Source: the human T2T-CHM13v2.0 reference genome, Homo sapiens
Length of the DNA: 64,000 nucleotides
Direction: 5' to 3' (one strand)
Assembly (NCBI RefSeq): GCF_009914755.1
Contig: NC_060932.1
This document shows, piece by piece, positions 26,417 to 42,250 of this stretch; positions within the stretch are counted from its first letter, which is position 1, and each line of letters starts with the position of its first letter. A program made the position numbers and the translations under genes. The notes below the pieces were generated by a model that did no database searches, was not told the origin of the DNA, and saw only the letters and a list, made by a program, of their open reading frames with translations.

Positions 26417-28139
26417 AGAATTATTCTTAAGTAGAAAATAATTGCTATTCTTCAGCCTACAGAATGACAAGAAAAGCTTTAAATTCATTCTGAGTTACAG
26501 ATGATGCAGGCAGGTTTGTTTGTTCATTTGTCTGTCTGCCTTCCTTCCTTCCATTCTTCTTTCTCCCTCCTTTCCTTTCTTCCTTCTTCCATCCATCATT
26601 TTGTCCATCCCTCCATCCAGCCTCCCATCCAACCATTCATGTTTTCATCCTTTGATTAATGTTTCTTATTTTCACTAATTCATTCATATATCCATCCATT
26701 CATTTCACAAACATTTGTCACATTCCTTCTAAGTGTCAGGTACGGTCCTCTACTCTTAAGACACAAAGAATAAAGCCCAAGTATAAACAAGTCCTGCTCT
26801 CAAACAGCTCATATGCTTGCTGGGGAGGTAGACAGGGACGCAAATAATTATAATGCCTTCAGATTGGAGTTCTCAGAATAGAATAAAATGTTAAAAGAGC
26901 AACTAATTGCCCTGTGGGGCTTCAAGCAGTTTCCTGGAGGTGACTGTTGAGTTGGGCTTTGGGGGATGAATAGGAGCTCACTGTGAGAATAAGTTGGGGA
27001 TGGACACACCACACAGAGGTAATACCATCAGATAAGGGGAGTACTGCATCTTTGGGGGCTAGCAAGCATTCCAATAGATTCATGAGTAAGCTAGGACAGA
27101 AGAGTCAGAACCTCTTCTGCAGAGTAGGAAGCATGGACTAGATTCTAGGAGCCAAGGAATCCAGGTTTTAGAAAGACAGCCCTTGACGAAGAGGAGGGAA
27201 GAGGGCAGTGCTGGAGGTTGACATGCTGATTAGAGATGCTACAAAACTCCAAAGGAAAGACAACAGTGGTCTGGATGGGCCTGGGGGCAGCAAAGGAAGT
27301 GCAATTTTCTTTCAACTCTTCCAGCCACCAAGTAGATGCAATGACAGCAAAAGTGCTATGTCTGGGAGTGGCCAGTCCATGGGGAAGAGCTCTGAATATT
27401 GCAACGCAGCCTATTTTTCCCTTCCTATGGCAGGAAAAGAGAGTAACTTTTGATCGTTTGGGTAAGTTTGCCTGATTTTTAAGACAAATACGGCTTTCAG
27501 TTCTTCACTCTGTTGAATCAGTTACCTAGAAATACATATTGTACAGTCCAAGCTCCAAGACTGGCCACTTGATGTGGCAAAACAGTGGCAAATGTGGGCT
27601 TTGCTGAATGGTGGTCTGAGTGCAAATCCTCATTCCGCCACAAACTCAGGCAAGTGGCTCAATCTCTCTGTGCCTCAGTTTTTCCAACTGTAAAATGTAC
27701 AACAGTGTGTCCCATATAACATATAGAGGAGTGCATCTCATGTGCTGTGAGGGTAAATGAGGAAATGCGTGCAAACCCTTTGGCACACAGTAAATGCTCA
27801 GGAGGCATTCATTATTACTATGATTTTATTAACCACACTATTGTCATAATGATTCCTTTCTATGGATATGTGTGTTAGATAATGAATTACTTGGGTGATA
27901 CTGCTATGAAGGACTCACGGCTCCCAAAGCCACAGGTATATAATGCAGTAAAGTAAGAATTTGCTTTGAAGACGAATATCAATGGGAGGGGTCTCAGGGA
28001 AAAGTTGCGCAGACACATTCACACTCCAGTGGATAGAAAATAGATTATCCGAGAGCCAGAGCCTCGCTGGGGATTACCAAGGCAAAAAGTGGGAATGTTG
28101 AAGTGAAACTGACCAGAAGGTTTACACCTTGGCAAAGTA

Positions 28140-28209
28140 TTGCATTGGTGCAAAAGTAATTATGGTTTTGCCATTAAAGTTTTGCACAATTATTTTTGCA
28201 GCAGCCCAA
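28140..28209. mobile_element. MADE1 (Hsmar1-derived MITE), diverged
   Basis: ttggtgcaaaagtaattatggttttgccatt...caattatttttgcagcagcccaa is palindromic like MADE1. TA flanks at 28138-39 and 28210-11. Confidence 0.85.
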
Positions 28210-28369
28210 TAGCTCAGATATAAATACACTTATTTCAAGGAAATTAGGTTAACAAAGTGAAGAAGATGAAAGTCACCTTTATCTCATGTATTAGACAAAT
28301 AAACCCTGACAGTGATAGCACCCCACTGGGCACCAGCTACGCAGCAGGTGCCCCACCTCGAGAATATCA

Positions 28370-28800
28370 CTTTGTTTGGTTTCCTCTGAAAGTGCCAGTA
28401 GTTTATTGGAGAGGTGCTTGAGCAGGGAGTAGAGGCAGGATTCAGGGAAAGAAAGCAGCTGATAGAGTATGGCATGAGGCCAGTTACCCTGGTGGATGAC
28501 TGCCCCTAGGAAACTCTGGGAAACGGGGTCAAATGTGGACTTCAGAATAATCCCACCTAAGGAGCAGTAGAGCCGGGTGCTTCTATACCAAGGGTCACTG
28601 GTTAGGAGCTGCTCCTGGGGGGTGCTCACTCCCTGGCACCTTTCTCCCACTGTGCACATAGGCAGAGCAGCCTTCCACCATTCCAGAAAAATCCCCCAGG
28701 CACAAGATGCAGATGCTGGCATCTTTAAGACAGCAGAGCACGGTGACATGGCAAGGTCCCTGGGATGCAAGCAGGGTCCCAGCAGTACCTTCCAAACACT
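28370..28800. mobile_element. LTR33-like ERVL LTR relic
   Basis: gtagtttattgg...cagggaaagaaagcagc...cagttacc...aactctgggaaac...atcccaccta...gagctgctcctggggg; boundaries approximate. Confidence 0.55.
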
Positions 28801-29588
28801 TCGTCCTGACCTCACATGGCTCCCTGCTAGGATGGGGACACATAAGTGCTTAGAATTGGACCCAAGATGATGCAGGAGGGAGAGGAGAGACACCAAACCC
28901 AGGGGCATTGGCAAGAAGAGCAGGGCTGCTGTTCTGCAGTGGCTTCCTGGTTGGGAGTTGGGAGAGAAGAAAACTTCTTTGCCATATGTATTTAAAGTGC
29001 TGAGCAGGGTGCCCGGCCACAGGGAGGACTGGATCCATGTTCGGGTAATTGGGATGGTGGGGAACCACCTCGGCCATACCCCGCACCCTCGCAGCCTTCT
29101 ATTCTGTCATATGCCTGACAGCCTTTGGTGAGACTCTGCGGTATTTCTTTCTGCTGCTGGGTCTGCAGTCACGTGTCTCTTTGTTCTCTCACCCATTGAT
29201 TCACTCATATATTTATAACTCTGATTCACTCTCGCTTTCACTCCAAAACACATTTATTTATTCAGTCGTTTGCTCACTTTGCCAATCATTTGCTTACTCA
29301 TTCACCAGCTTCTTTACAAACTCATTCATTCTCATGCATTATTGAGTGACTCCTATAGAATATCCACAGCCTGCCAAATGGAAAATGTGAATGTATGTTC
29401 TTTCCTGTTGGATGGTTCTTTGATGAGAGCTGCCACCTGCACGATTCAAACCACTTTATCAGGACTCTGGTGAAATATGGGAACAAGAACAGGGTCAGTG
29501 AGGCCACCCCTGAATTGACTAGGGTCATGCTCAGGCTCAGCAAATCATACACCAAAGCAAGCACACGTGGTTATTGTTTTTCCCTTAC

Positions 29589-29663
29589 CTGTGATTTCCT
29601 TGGTTCCTCCATTGGTGTGCTTAAAGCGATCTCCTTCTACACGAACGCTAGGACAGAGCACAT
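29589..29663 (-). CDS. COL22A1: COL22A1 coding exon (probably exon 4), vWA-TSPN linker, 75 nt, phase 1-1
   Basis: Acceptor cttgctttcctcag|AT and donor ACAG|gtaagg. Encodes (N)VLCPSVRVEGDRFKHTNGGTKEIT(G), in frame with both neighbouring exons. Confidence 0.95.
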
Positions 29664-30173
29664 CTGAGGAAAGCAAGAGGAAACAGAGACTGATGAGAAA
29701 ATGTGACCCATCGTCACCCTGTGAAATATGACAGCACACAAGACCCCACCCTGCCTTGCAGCATGTGAGGTGTTCAATGCCTGGAGAAGATGCAGAGGCA
29801 GCTGGCATCTCCGCACTCACTCATGTTTTCATTTTCCTGTGTATTTGTTAAGCATCAACTCTGCAAATACTGTGTTCTGTACTGGGGTGAAATATGAACA
29901 AGGCTTTCTTCCTGTCTATGAGGAATTCACAGCCTTGTCCGAGGGAGCCAGACACGGACATCAATATTAACAACATAGCGGAATAAGTTGTAGATACATG
30001 TGCCTGCTGCTGGGGGGTTCAGGACACAGATACAATAACTAATCTAATGCAGGAGGACAGAGAAGCTTTCCTGGAAAGATTCTTTTTGAAAGAACTGTAA
30101 GATTTAGCCTGATAGACAAAAGACCAAAAGGTGATACAGGCAGAGGGAACCTCATTTAGGAAAGCATGCACAT

Positions 30174-30594
<421 letters not shown>

Positions 30595-30686
30595 TTACAT
30601 AAACAGGCAAATTCCAAACAAGTAAAACTCAGTTATACAAAAGCAATTGAGTAAGTCATACAATAAAAAATTATTATACAATATTA

Positions 30687-31176
<490 letters not shown>

Positions 31177-32899
31177 TTAGAGAAGTCTCTTAATCTGTGT
31201 GTCTTAGCGTGGGCACCTGTGGCATGGGAGATATTAATATGCACACATTTGTCACAGGGCTGCTTTGAGGATTGGGCAAGATTATGCCCACAACAGCACT
31301 GAAAGGCTGTAAGGAGGTTCTGTATTCTCATAAATTTAGCACCCAAAGCACCTCACTTATCTCCCTGAAGACCCAGCCCTGCCCATGAAGCAATTTGGTT
31401 ATCACACATTATTATTATAATCACACATTATTAGGCAGCTCCACCACCCCATTAGTTCCATATACAATGGCCTCTTCTCATATTTGAGGGTATAAGTGTC
31501 TCAGTGCAGGGAACAAATGAGATCTTTCCTGATTTGGAAGGAGGTATTTTTAATGTTTATCCTCAAAGGCACCACCAGGTCTGACAAGCATCATGGAAGG
31601 GGTTATTTTGGAAACAGTACCAAGCTGTCTGTCTAGCACTACATACAGGAATGGGTACAGGCACAGCACAATATTTAGACAGCTCTACCCAGGACAGCAG
31701 CAGCTGTGGGGTGACGATCAATTGCTTTAAGTTTGGCAGCCTGCCAGAGAGACAGGCTGGGAATTGCGTGTCATTTTAATGAGTTTAAAATTTAAGACGA
31801 GTTGACTCAGAAGGTTCTATCTATCTTTGATGATGAGCAAATCTCTGGAGGCTGGCGGCTGGACCTCAGAGTAGGCTGCTCCATTGAGTCACATCTCTGC
31901 AAATTTCCCAAGGGGAGGACCACGCACACAGAAATGATGGAGATTCTACTCAAAGATAGAACTTGCTCAAATTGCTTTAAGAAATCTTTCTCAAAACAAC
32001 CTGCAAATTCCCTCTGGGGCCATCACTAAGCCTCACACATTCACCAGGCTCGAGGGGCAGTTTATAGTTGAGTTGGTTAAGTCAGAACAAATAGCTTCCA
32101 AAATAGCCCTCCAGCCAGCCTTCCTGGGGATGGTGGGGTCCTCAGGGTTCACCTGCTTGGCAAGGAGGTAGGGTTAGCATCCATGGCTCCTCTTAGCCTA
32201 TAATTGGAAGCCATTCTGCATTTCTTTTTGGCCAAGATATCCCCACATCTTGGAGAATGATCTGTTTATTTCTGTATTCACTCATCTATTCAAACTCAAT
32301 TCTTTACTGAGCTCCAGATATGTTCCAAGCATTGAGCTACCTCTAGGGTCACAGAAGTGGATGAGAGAGACATCCTATTCCCTGCCTTCAGGGCATTGCA
32401 GGGCTGACTAACAGGAACAGACTCCAAACATGTGAGTGAAAGAAAGGATCAGTGCTACTGGGAGTCATTTTGTCTCCATGCTTCCCAGGGCTCCTCCTCC
32501 TGGATCTTAGAGACTGCTCAGCCTTGAACAACCCCAGGGGCTTGTTTCCATTTATCCCAGCCTGGGTAGGGAGCCCTTCATCAGGTCCCAGTGTCCAAGA
32601 GCTGAGGGCACCATACTGAAGTCACTAATGGGCATGTCTGTCTCCCCAGGGAGTGGGAGTCTTCAGACCTGGTTGGACCTCAGCTCACCTCTGTATGGCC
32701 ACTGTCTTTCTAGCTCCAAACCCATAACAGGCCTTCAGCTGTTGAGCAGAAATGACTTCTGACAACTGAGCTGAGAAGTAAACACTGACTGGTGGAATGG
32801 GGAGCCTCCCAGGCATGGGGTTCGTTATGATTTTGATGAGCCACTGAGAGTATTTCATGGGCCCTTGAGCTCCTGCCCTGGAGGTGTAGCAGGCATCAT

Positions 32900-33395
32900 T
32901 TGTTATCAGCCCCATATCCATTTCCCACTTCTTTGTTGCTAAATAATGCCACCTTAGTTCAGAAAGACAGAGTTTTCAGCCCATGGAGAAACACTGTAGC
33001 TGTTTGGTCTAAGTCAATTATGATTATTCTATTCCCCACCTTTCCAGTCTCACTTGCAGCTAGGGATGGATGTGTGATTCAGGGCTGTCCAAGGAAACAA
33101 ATAACCAAAGCTTGCTGTGGATAAAGGAAAGGATTGCTTAAAAAGCTTTTGGTTTCCTTGATGTAAGGGATAGATAAGTGGATGGGGTGGTGAGTTTACT
33201 TTCCTTTCTTCTTCCTTTGCATATGAAACATAATGTTTGGGGGACTGTCTAGGAGAATGGAGGAAATATCAAACAAGCAATTCCAATCCTAGGTGGGAGG
33301 CATAAGATTAAAAAAAAAAAAAAAAACTTCTATTTGTTTAAGCCACCATATATGGGTTTTCTTCACTTGCAGTTGAGTGCATTCCAAATTTGCAT
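32900..33395 (+). mobile_element. MLT1J/K-like MaLR LTR relic
   Basis: tttccagtctcacttgcagctaggga...tatttgtttaagccac...cacttgcagttgagtgcattcc; boundaries approximate. Confidence 0.6.
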
Positions 33396-36300
33396 GCATT
33401 TCCTTCCTATGGGCCTCACTGATATGCCAGTGTAACCAGCTGGAAGGTCAGATTCTCTTTCTGGATGTCTAAGGACAATTAATGAGGGTGGTGAGAAGTG
33501 GTGCATTACTTCCTTGGTAAAGGAAATACAGACTGAGTTACCTTCTCTATCCCAATAAATATGGAATTCTCAGGTAATCCTTCAGGAGCAGCATAAGAAG
33601 TAGTTCTAAATTAAGGGCAAGGATAAATTCATAGGAGTTAAAAATGTGGATTGAATTTGTTCTTGGCTGGTTCACTGGTTGATTTTCCTTTTTGAAAACA
33701 TGAGAACACAAAAACGAAAACATCTAATGACAAAGACACTGCTTCCTTAAAGTCCATTTATTGTCTACCCCCTGACAATCATTTTCCTTCACTCTCTAGG
33801 TAAGTGGAACATTCTAGACTTCTGAAGAGAAAAAAGGTATCTCTTCACACAGCATGCGTTCCTTCTCACCGGAAGCCTATTGATTGATCAGAGCTGCTGC
33901 TCTAAGGGAAAACACCACGAATTTACTGTGGTCTTCCTGGAAAAACACGTCCATTTTTTTGGCCTCAGTTTACCAAATGGCAAAAGGGGGGCACCTGTTT
34001 GTCCATTAGGGGAGGAAAAGGGCTTGCACAATATGGCATCTGATGTCCTCGTGCTCTATGTTGACGCAACCATGGTTCTGTCTGCAGAACACACAGCCTT
34101 GTCATCCCCTGGCTCTCGGCCAAGAGTTTTTCCAGTTGGGAACGGAGGGTACATGCAATTATTGAGTACCCAGTGTGTGTGTCAATCATCTGGCTTTGGA
34201 TTTAACTCACAACAACCATCCTACAAGGTAGATTTTCTTCCCATTACACAGATATAAAAACTGAGTCCAAGATGAGAAACTCATCAGACAGGAGAAATGT
34301 CTCTGTATTTGAATAAATGCCTCCCTAAATCTAGCATCTAGGAAGAGATACGGTGGCCCCATGTTAGATCAGCAGGAGCAGTAGAAACAAGGGAAGGATG
34401 CCAGGGCAGCCCTGCCGGATACCAGACAGGAAGCAATCACGGCTCATCCATCACCTCGCAGCGGCCGCTGCTGAGTGCAGCTAACCACAGACAAGATGTA
34501 TGACATCCAAGTGGAAGAGGCGGAGGAGGGAAGAGCTGAAGCAGAAGCCCAGCAGACACAAGGTCCAGTTCCTCCGCTGCTCCGAGGCCAGCCAAGGAAT
34601 TTTCCACGCATCTCCATTTCAGACAGGCGACAGACACATGGCAGACACAAGGGCCCAAGGATCATGTTCATAAGGATTACACTGTCATGGCTCCCAGGGA
34701 CTGAGCGCCCGCGTGGCTAGGTCCTGCACTGGGAATGCCATGTGGATTGTTTCTGAGCCTCTTGGCTGCTCTGCTGGAAGGATGTAGTTATCTCCATAAG
34801 CAGCAGACACATGTAGGTGGCTTGCTGTGCACCAGACGCTGTTCCAAGCATGTTGAATACATTAACACATTTAATTGAATCCTTACCATGGCTTTACGAG
34901 GTAGGTGCTATTATTTAGAGAAAGAAAGAAAGGGGGACTAACTTCTTCCTGTAGAAAGAAAGGCATAAAGAAGTTAGTCAACTGCCCAAGGCCACACAGC
35001 TTGCAGGTGGCAACGTCAGCATGATGGCTTCAGCACCCAGTTCTTGGCCACTGCATGATGCAGCCTCTCCAAGGGCCAGGTCAACTGCCTCAGGTCACCC
35101 AGCCAATAGGGATTCAGGTCTGTGTGTCTCCAAAGCCTGGACCAGCAGATGGTCAGTTTGCTACTTTCTACAGCAGCCCATTTTGCCTTTTAAGAGTCTT
35201 GACTTGTAGAAGGGTCTTCCTCACCCTGTACCTATAGGATTCATTGGCTTATGCAACGGGAAGCCAAGGCTCAGAGAGGTTAAGTAATTTACCCAACATC
35301 ACACAGCTGACAAGTGGCACAGAACTGAGCCCAGGGAGTCAGATGTAGGCATCTGAGCTCTTAACCACTATCCACAATCTCTGCACTGGAAGCCACGTTG
35401 GTTGTGATAGAATAATAACCAGCCAATCGCTGTGTGTAATGTCAGCATTACATACAGGCTCTCTTTTAATCCTCCTCATGGTTTGCAGGGCAGATACTAT
35501 TATCCATATTTTACAGGTGAACAAGTAACTTTCCTAGTAATTGAAAGCGGGAGGAAATTGTTATTAACCACATCTCAGGGCCATGGTGTGCACCCTGTGA
35601 GAAGATGAAGACAACTCAGGGTTCAGACATTGGGTTCTTATGCCCAGTTCCACCTCCACCACCTGTTCCAGAACTTTCTGGAGATTCCTGGCTTGCATTT
35701 CTCCTCTAGGCCAGAGTGTATCAGCACCAGCTGCCTCCCCAGAAGGCCCAGATCCTCTGGCTGTTCAATCCACATCTCCCAGATCCTTTAGGCAGGAGAG
35801 AGGGCATGGTCAGAGTGCCAGGTGTTTTGTGAAAATGTTTATGCAAGTGTTTCACAGGAAGTCTGTGTGACATATGCAGTAGACAAAATATCGCCAGAAA
35901 GGAAAATCCCCCTGGACCTGCTGACAGCTGCGAACACTGGCCCAGGAGATCAGGGCCACCTCCCTCCTTCCCTTCCTTGTCCCTAACTCAGAAAGATGCG
36001 GCACGAAGAATGAGGGGTGGGGCTCCGGCACAGCTGGGCCCTTCCTGATGGGAGCCGGGGATGCAGTTGTCTTTGTTTGGAGACTGATGAGGCACAAGAA
36101 ACAGTAACAAGGTAAGGGCCTGCCAGGGCCATCTGTCCTCTCCCAGCCAAGTGTGAGCTGTGCACCAGAGTACAGAGAAGCCAAAAAAGGACAAGACCAG
36201 GGGAAAGAACCTCGAGCTCCAAGGTTGATGGGAGGAAGCTCTGGGGTCAGACAGACCTCACCTCTTCCATGTCAGTTGCCCCCTGTGTGTCTGTTTCCAA

Positions 36301-37259
36301 ACTCAAAAACAGAGGCGAAAGTCCCTCCCCTTTCCATCCACAGTTGTCCTAAAGGTTAAATAGGATGGACAGTGGATGGGAAGTTCTCAGCATGAAACCT
36401 GGCATCTAGTAAGTGCTCATTTATTTATCCCTTCATTTACCCAACACATATTTGCCAAGTGCCTGGCACACGTCTCAGTGCAAGGAACAAGTGCAAACAC
36501 ATGAACACACAGGTGAGTGGCTCCTGCCCTCTTGGTGCTCCCGTGCTAGTGGAGGAGGCAGAGAGCAACACAGAACAGCACAGAAGCCAACAGAGAGAGG
36601 CAAGTCAGCCATGGTGTGCAGGCTGTGCCATGGAGGAAATATGCCTGCAACGTGATGGGGCTTTGGGAGCGGGGACACTGGACAGATGCTGGATAAGCTG
36701 GTCTGGGAAGAGCTCTAAGGTGAGTGACATCTGAGCTGAGAGCTAAGAAGGAGACCAGTCCACCCATGGGAAGAGCAGGGAAAAGCCTAAGCCTGGAGAG
36801 GCTTCGCTTATCATGAGGGTGAGGAGGGTCCAAGCCCCACAGCTAGAGTGGCAGGACGAGAGGGACAGGAGAGGAATGGGAAAATGCCATGCATGCCATG
36901 GAGAGCCTCGTGGCCCAAGGCCGAGTTTGGAATTCAGAGCAATGGAGAGCTCACTCTGCCAGGTAGCAGCAGGCGCTGCTCATGGTTGTTACTATGTATG
37001 AGTGCTACCTGTCCAACAAGGACTTTGGGTGCCAGCCATCACCCATGACTTCAAATGGCCCAAGGGTTCCTCAGACCTCCTTTCCCTCCCAGGGAATGGC
37101 TCAAGAACCAAGCACCAGTAGGTGTCACCAGAGACTGTGTGGAGCTTTCTCTAGGAGAGGATGGGGAGGAGATGGAGGCGCAAGGGGAGCTCAGGGGCAG
37201 CAGAGCCCTTGCAGCCTTTTTGTGTGACAGCCAGCAGACCTTCTGAGACCAAACCTTCC

Positions 37260-38830
<1,571 letters not shown>

Positions 38831-40284
38831 AAACCCATACTCTTCTTCCCCTAACTCCTTGTTTCAGAGATGGTCTGAACCTCTAATACTATCCTCTAAT
38901 AATGACTCATGAGGGAGCTGTCTTGGGAAGTTTCAGGAAAACACACATACTCCCAATGCCTCCACAACAGGTCTCTCTCTTTTTAAAAACTTTTAAGAAG
39001 AGACTCCCTCTTTAATGATTTACAAATTACTTTCACCAAGAAAATTAGCAAGATGCTAATTACTCTACTTCAAAGTTGGGGTGCCATGAGAGAGCATGTG
39101 GACTGATTGTTACCTGGTTCACCTCAAAACCAACAAGCTCATTATTCCAAGGAGCTCAACAGTGTTGAAAAATACCTCCAAACATTTGGGATTAAGGCGG
39201 TGCTAGTGTAAGAAAGAAAAGAAAAAGGAAAGACATGTCAGTTACCGAATCCCTAGATTTGGCAAGCACATTCACACACCATGACCTCCAGCAGCCCTTC
39301 TGATTTTCTCAGAAGGGAAGACGAACACTTACAAGAGTAAGAGACTGCTCCAAAGTAACAGAACTCATTAATACCCAGAATTCCAGCCCAAGTTTGGCTG
39401 ACACCCAGTCTCCCATCTTTGCACAACAGTGTGCCCTGCAGAGATGGTCAAGGGAAAGGGTAAACTACAAGACCAGTGTGGGGTAGAATGATCCATCTGT
39501 TGAGCAAGGGTGTGGAGACCCTTTAGAACCCCTTAAATGAGCAGGATGTGGTAGCTTGGTAGAGATGGTGGCTGTGACTGTCACATGGCAGATGAGGGAC
39601 AGGGATGATGGTGCAAGGGTGTCTGGCCACAGGACAGTGTGTGCCAGGACAGAGGGAATATGCCATCGTGACTGTGGGATGCTTGTGTTCTGTTGGGAGG
39701 TTATGATCATTAGGCTGATGGCCTCACTAAAGAGCAGAGGAGTGAGGGCATGAACACATCCTGGGTGTCCACCATCTGCTGGGACATGACCACTACACCT
39801 GGATCCTAAGTAGGCCACAGGGAACAGAAAGGACAAGAGGACAAGAGCCTCTGCCCTCCTGAAGCCCAGAATTTCAGTGGATTCCATTTAATTCTCTCAA
39901 CAGCCTTCCTGAAGGATTTTGACATTCCCAGTGACACAAACACACTGAGGCTCAAAGAGGGTGAGTGACCTGCTCCTGGTTACTCTCCTGGGAGGTAGCA
40001 GAGGCAGGGCTCAAGGCCAGGTCTGACTAAGGTGATGGAGCCCTTCCCACTGCCCTCCCCTTTGGCCTGCTCAGCACACTGTATGGGCCTCTGCTCGCTG
40101 CTGTGACTGATGATCACCAATGAGAAATGTCACCTTTAGAGCCCCGAGAGGAACAACAATCCCTTTGGCTCTCACACTTGCCTATTTCTATTCCCGTTAC
40201 AATAAGAGGCCTTCTGCCCCAGCCTTGGCCTCCGAGACCCCATCAGATTCTAATGTCTTTGTCTTCTCATAGAGACAGCTTGAT

Positions 40285-40487
40285 AGAGGTGGTGGTGATT
40301 GTGATGGTGGTGATGGTGATGATGATGGTGATGATGGTGACGATGATGGTGATGATGGTGATGTGGAGGAGGTGGTGCTGATGGCGACAGTGGTAGCAAT
40401 GGTGGTGATGGTGGTGGTGATGGTGATGCTGATGGTGATGGCAGTGGTGATGATGGTGATGATGGAGGAGGTGATGGTGATGGTGGG
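40285..40487. repeat. Degenerate (GAT/GGT)n trinucleotide repeat
   Basis: ggtggtgatgatggtgatg... for about 200 bp; source of the spurious poly-His and poly-Met/Val ORFs. Confidence 0.93.
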
Positions 40488-41892
40488 AGGGGAGGATGGG
40501 TCTACTCAGATAGCCAGCAGTCAAGAGACTGGCTCTCCTATCCACTTGCTGTGTGACCTTGCATGGCCTCCAGCATCCTTCTGAGTCTCAGCTTCCTCAA
40601 TTATAAAATAATGAACTACCTCTCAGAATTTTGATAAGGATGGGATAAAAGAAAATAAAAAATGTCCAGTACAGTGCCTGGCACACAGAAGCTGATGTCC
40701 ACATGGTGCTTATTATGTGACAACCATCTTTCAATTCACTTTGCATACATATCAATTAACTGAATCCTTCTAACAACCCCATAGAGTGGCAATTCTCATG
40801 GCTATTGTTTGTTTGGAATAAATGAGGGAAATAAGGCACAGAGAGGTAAAGCCCCTCATCCAAAGTCACAGGACGGGTAGGTGACAGAGCCAGCATTTGA
40901 TCCCAAGTGGCAGCAGTGTGGCTCCAGGGGCCCTGCATGCTCCCTGCTGCTGCCTGCTAGGCCGGGGGAGAGCAGGCTCGGCTCCTCATTTGAACATCTC
41001 CTCCCCGTTTGAGTGCAGTGGGGCCTCTTGTGCATCGGAGCAGGAGCACCACAGCTTTCAAAGCCAGCCGGGAAACTCCCTGTCCAAAGCAATCCTTCCT
41101 TCTACTCACAACCCCTGTGCAGTAGCTCTTTTTGAATCCCCCCAGGAACAAGGAGCTTCCCACCTTCTGAGGAGGCCATGCCCTTGAGCTCTCTGAGCAA
41201 CGATTGTGCCCGGAAAGGATTTTATGAATCAGCCCAGCTTTACTCATTAGATTAGGGCTCCATGAGCAACACCAATTCCTTTTCTGGAGGAGCCTCCACC
41301 CCACACCCAGGCAGAGCTGCTTCAGCAACTTCACCTGTCCCCACCGACGTAGCTTCTGATCTGTTCCCAAGCCACCCACTGTCAACGGTGTAGGACAGTG
41401 GGTCCTTCAATCTGCCCTGGCCTTCCCTGCTGTGGAAGAGGAGGCCTTTGGAGCCATGCACAGCTCAGGCTGACTTTGATTCTTCTTAGAGGGAGACTTT
41501 AAACAAAGCAGGGGCAGGATGGAAGGAGCTCAGAGCTGGACAGTGGGGCTGGGGTGGGGGACTTGCAGAAAAAGGGGCCGTGCCTAGAGCTTCGGAGGGG
41601 GGCCTGCTCATTAGCAGCTCCAGAAATTACTACAAATGGCAAAGAAATGAGGAGGGCATGGCAATTCTGCACCCGCCAGCTGTGCCTCTCACCCCGAGGC
41701 TCCCCTAGAGCAGTCAAGGCGTGGCCGCATTGCTGCACCTGTGTGAGCACTCCCAACAGACTGCATGTCTCTGCATGTGTGTGCAGGGCTGCACTGTTCA
41801 CTGTATGAAACCATTAGGTACATGTGCCCCTGTGTGCATTTGTGTGTGAATGCATTTGGGCGTTTCTGCAGTGGGGGTGCTGGCCTTGGAGG

Positions 41893-42098
41893 AACAGAGA
41901 GAGAGAGAGAAGCAGTGACAGCAAGAGAAAGAGAGAGAAAGAGAGACAGAGAGGGAGAAGCAGTGACAGCAAGAGAAAGAGAAAGAGGGAGACAGAGAGA
42001 GCGAGAGAGACAGAGAGAGAGAGAAGCAGAGAAAGCAAGAGAAAGAGAGACAGAGACAGAGAGACAGCAAGAGAGAGGGACAGAGAGAGAGACAGAGG

Positions 42099-42129
<31 letters not shown>

Positions 42130-42250
42130 GAGCAGAGAAAGCAAGAGAAAGAAACAGAGACAGAGACACAGCAAGAGAGAGAGACAGGAGAGACAGCAAG
42201 AGAGAGGGATAGAGAGAGAGACAGAGGCAGTGAGAGAGACAGAGAGAGGA
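41893..42250. repeat. Compound (GA)n-rich polypurine/polypyrimidine repeat with higher-order units
   Basis: Nearly pure A/G on the + strand. A unit of about 50 bp (gagacagcaagagagaggga(c/t)agagagagagacagaggcagtgagagaga) recurs near 42061 and 42190. Confidence 0.95.

Noticed and set aside
34458-34471. 14-bp palindrome GCAGCGGCCGCTGC (NotI core) and the nearby acidic ORF at 34475-34720
   Set aside because: An isolated short palindrome. The ORF has no recognisable homology, splice context or poly-A/TSD signs of a retrocopy.
40127-40584. Poly-His and poly-Met/Val ORFs
   Set aside because: Degenerate (GAT/GGT)n microsatellite.
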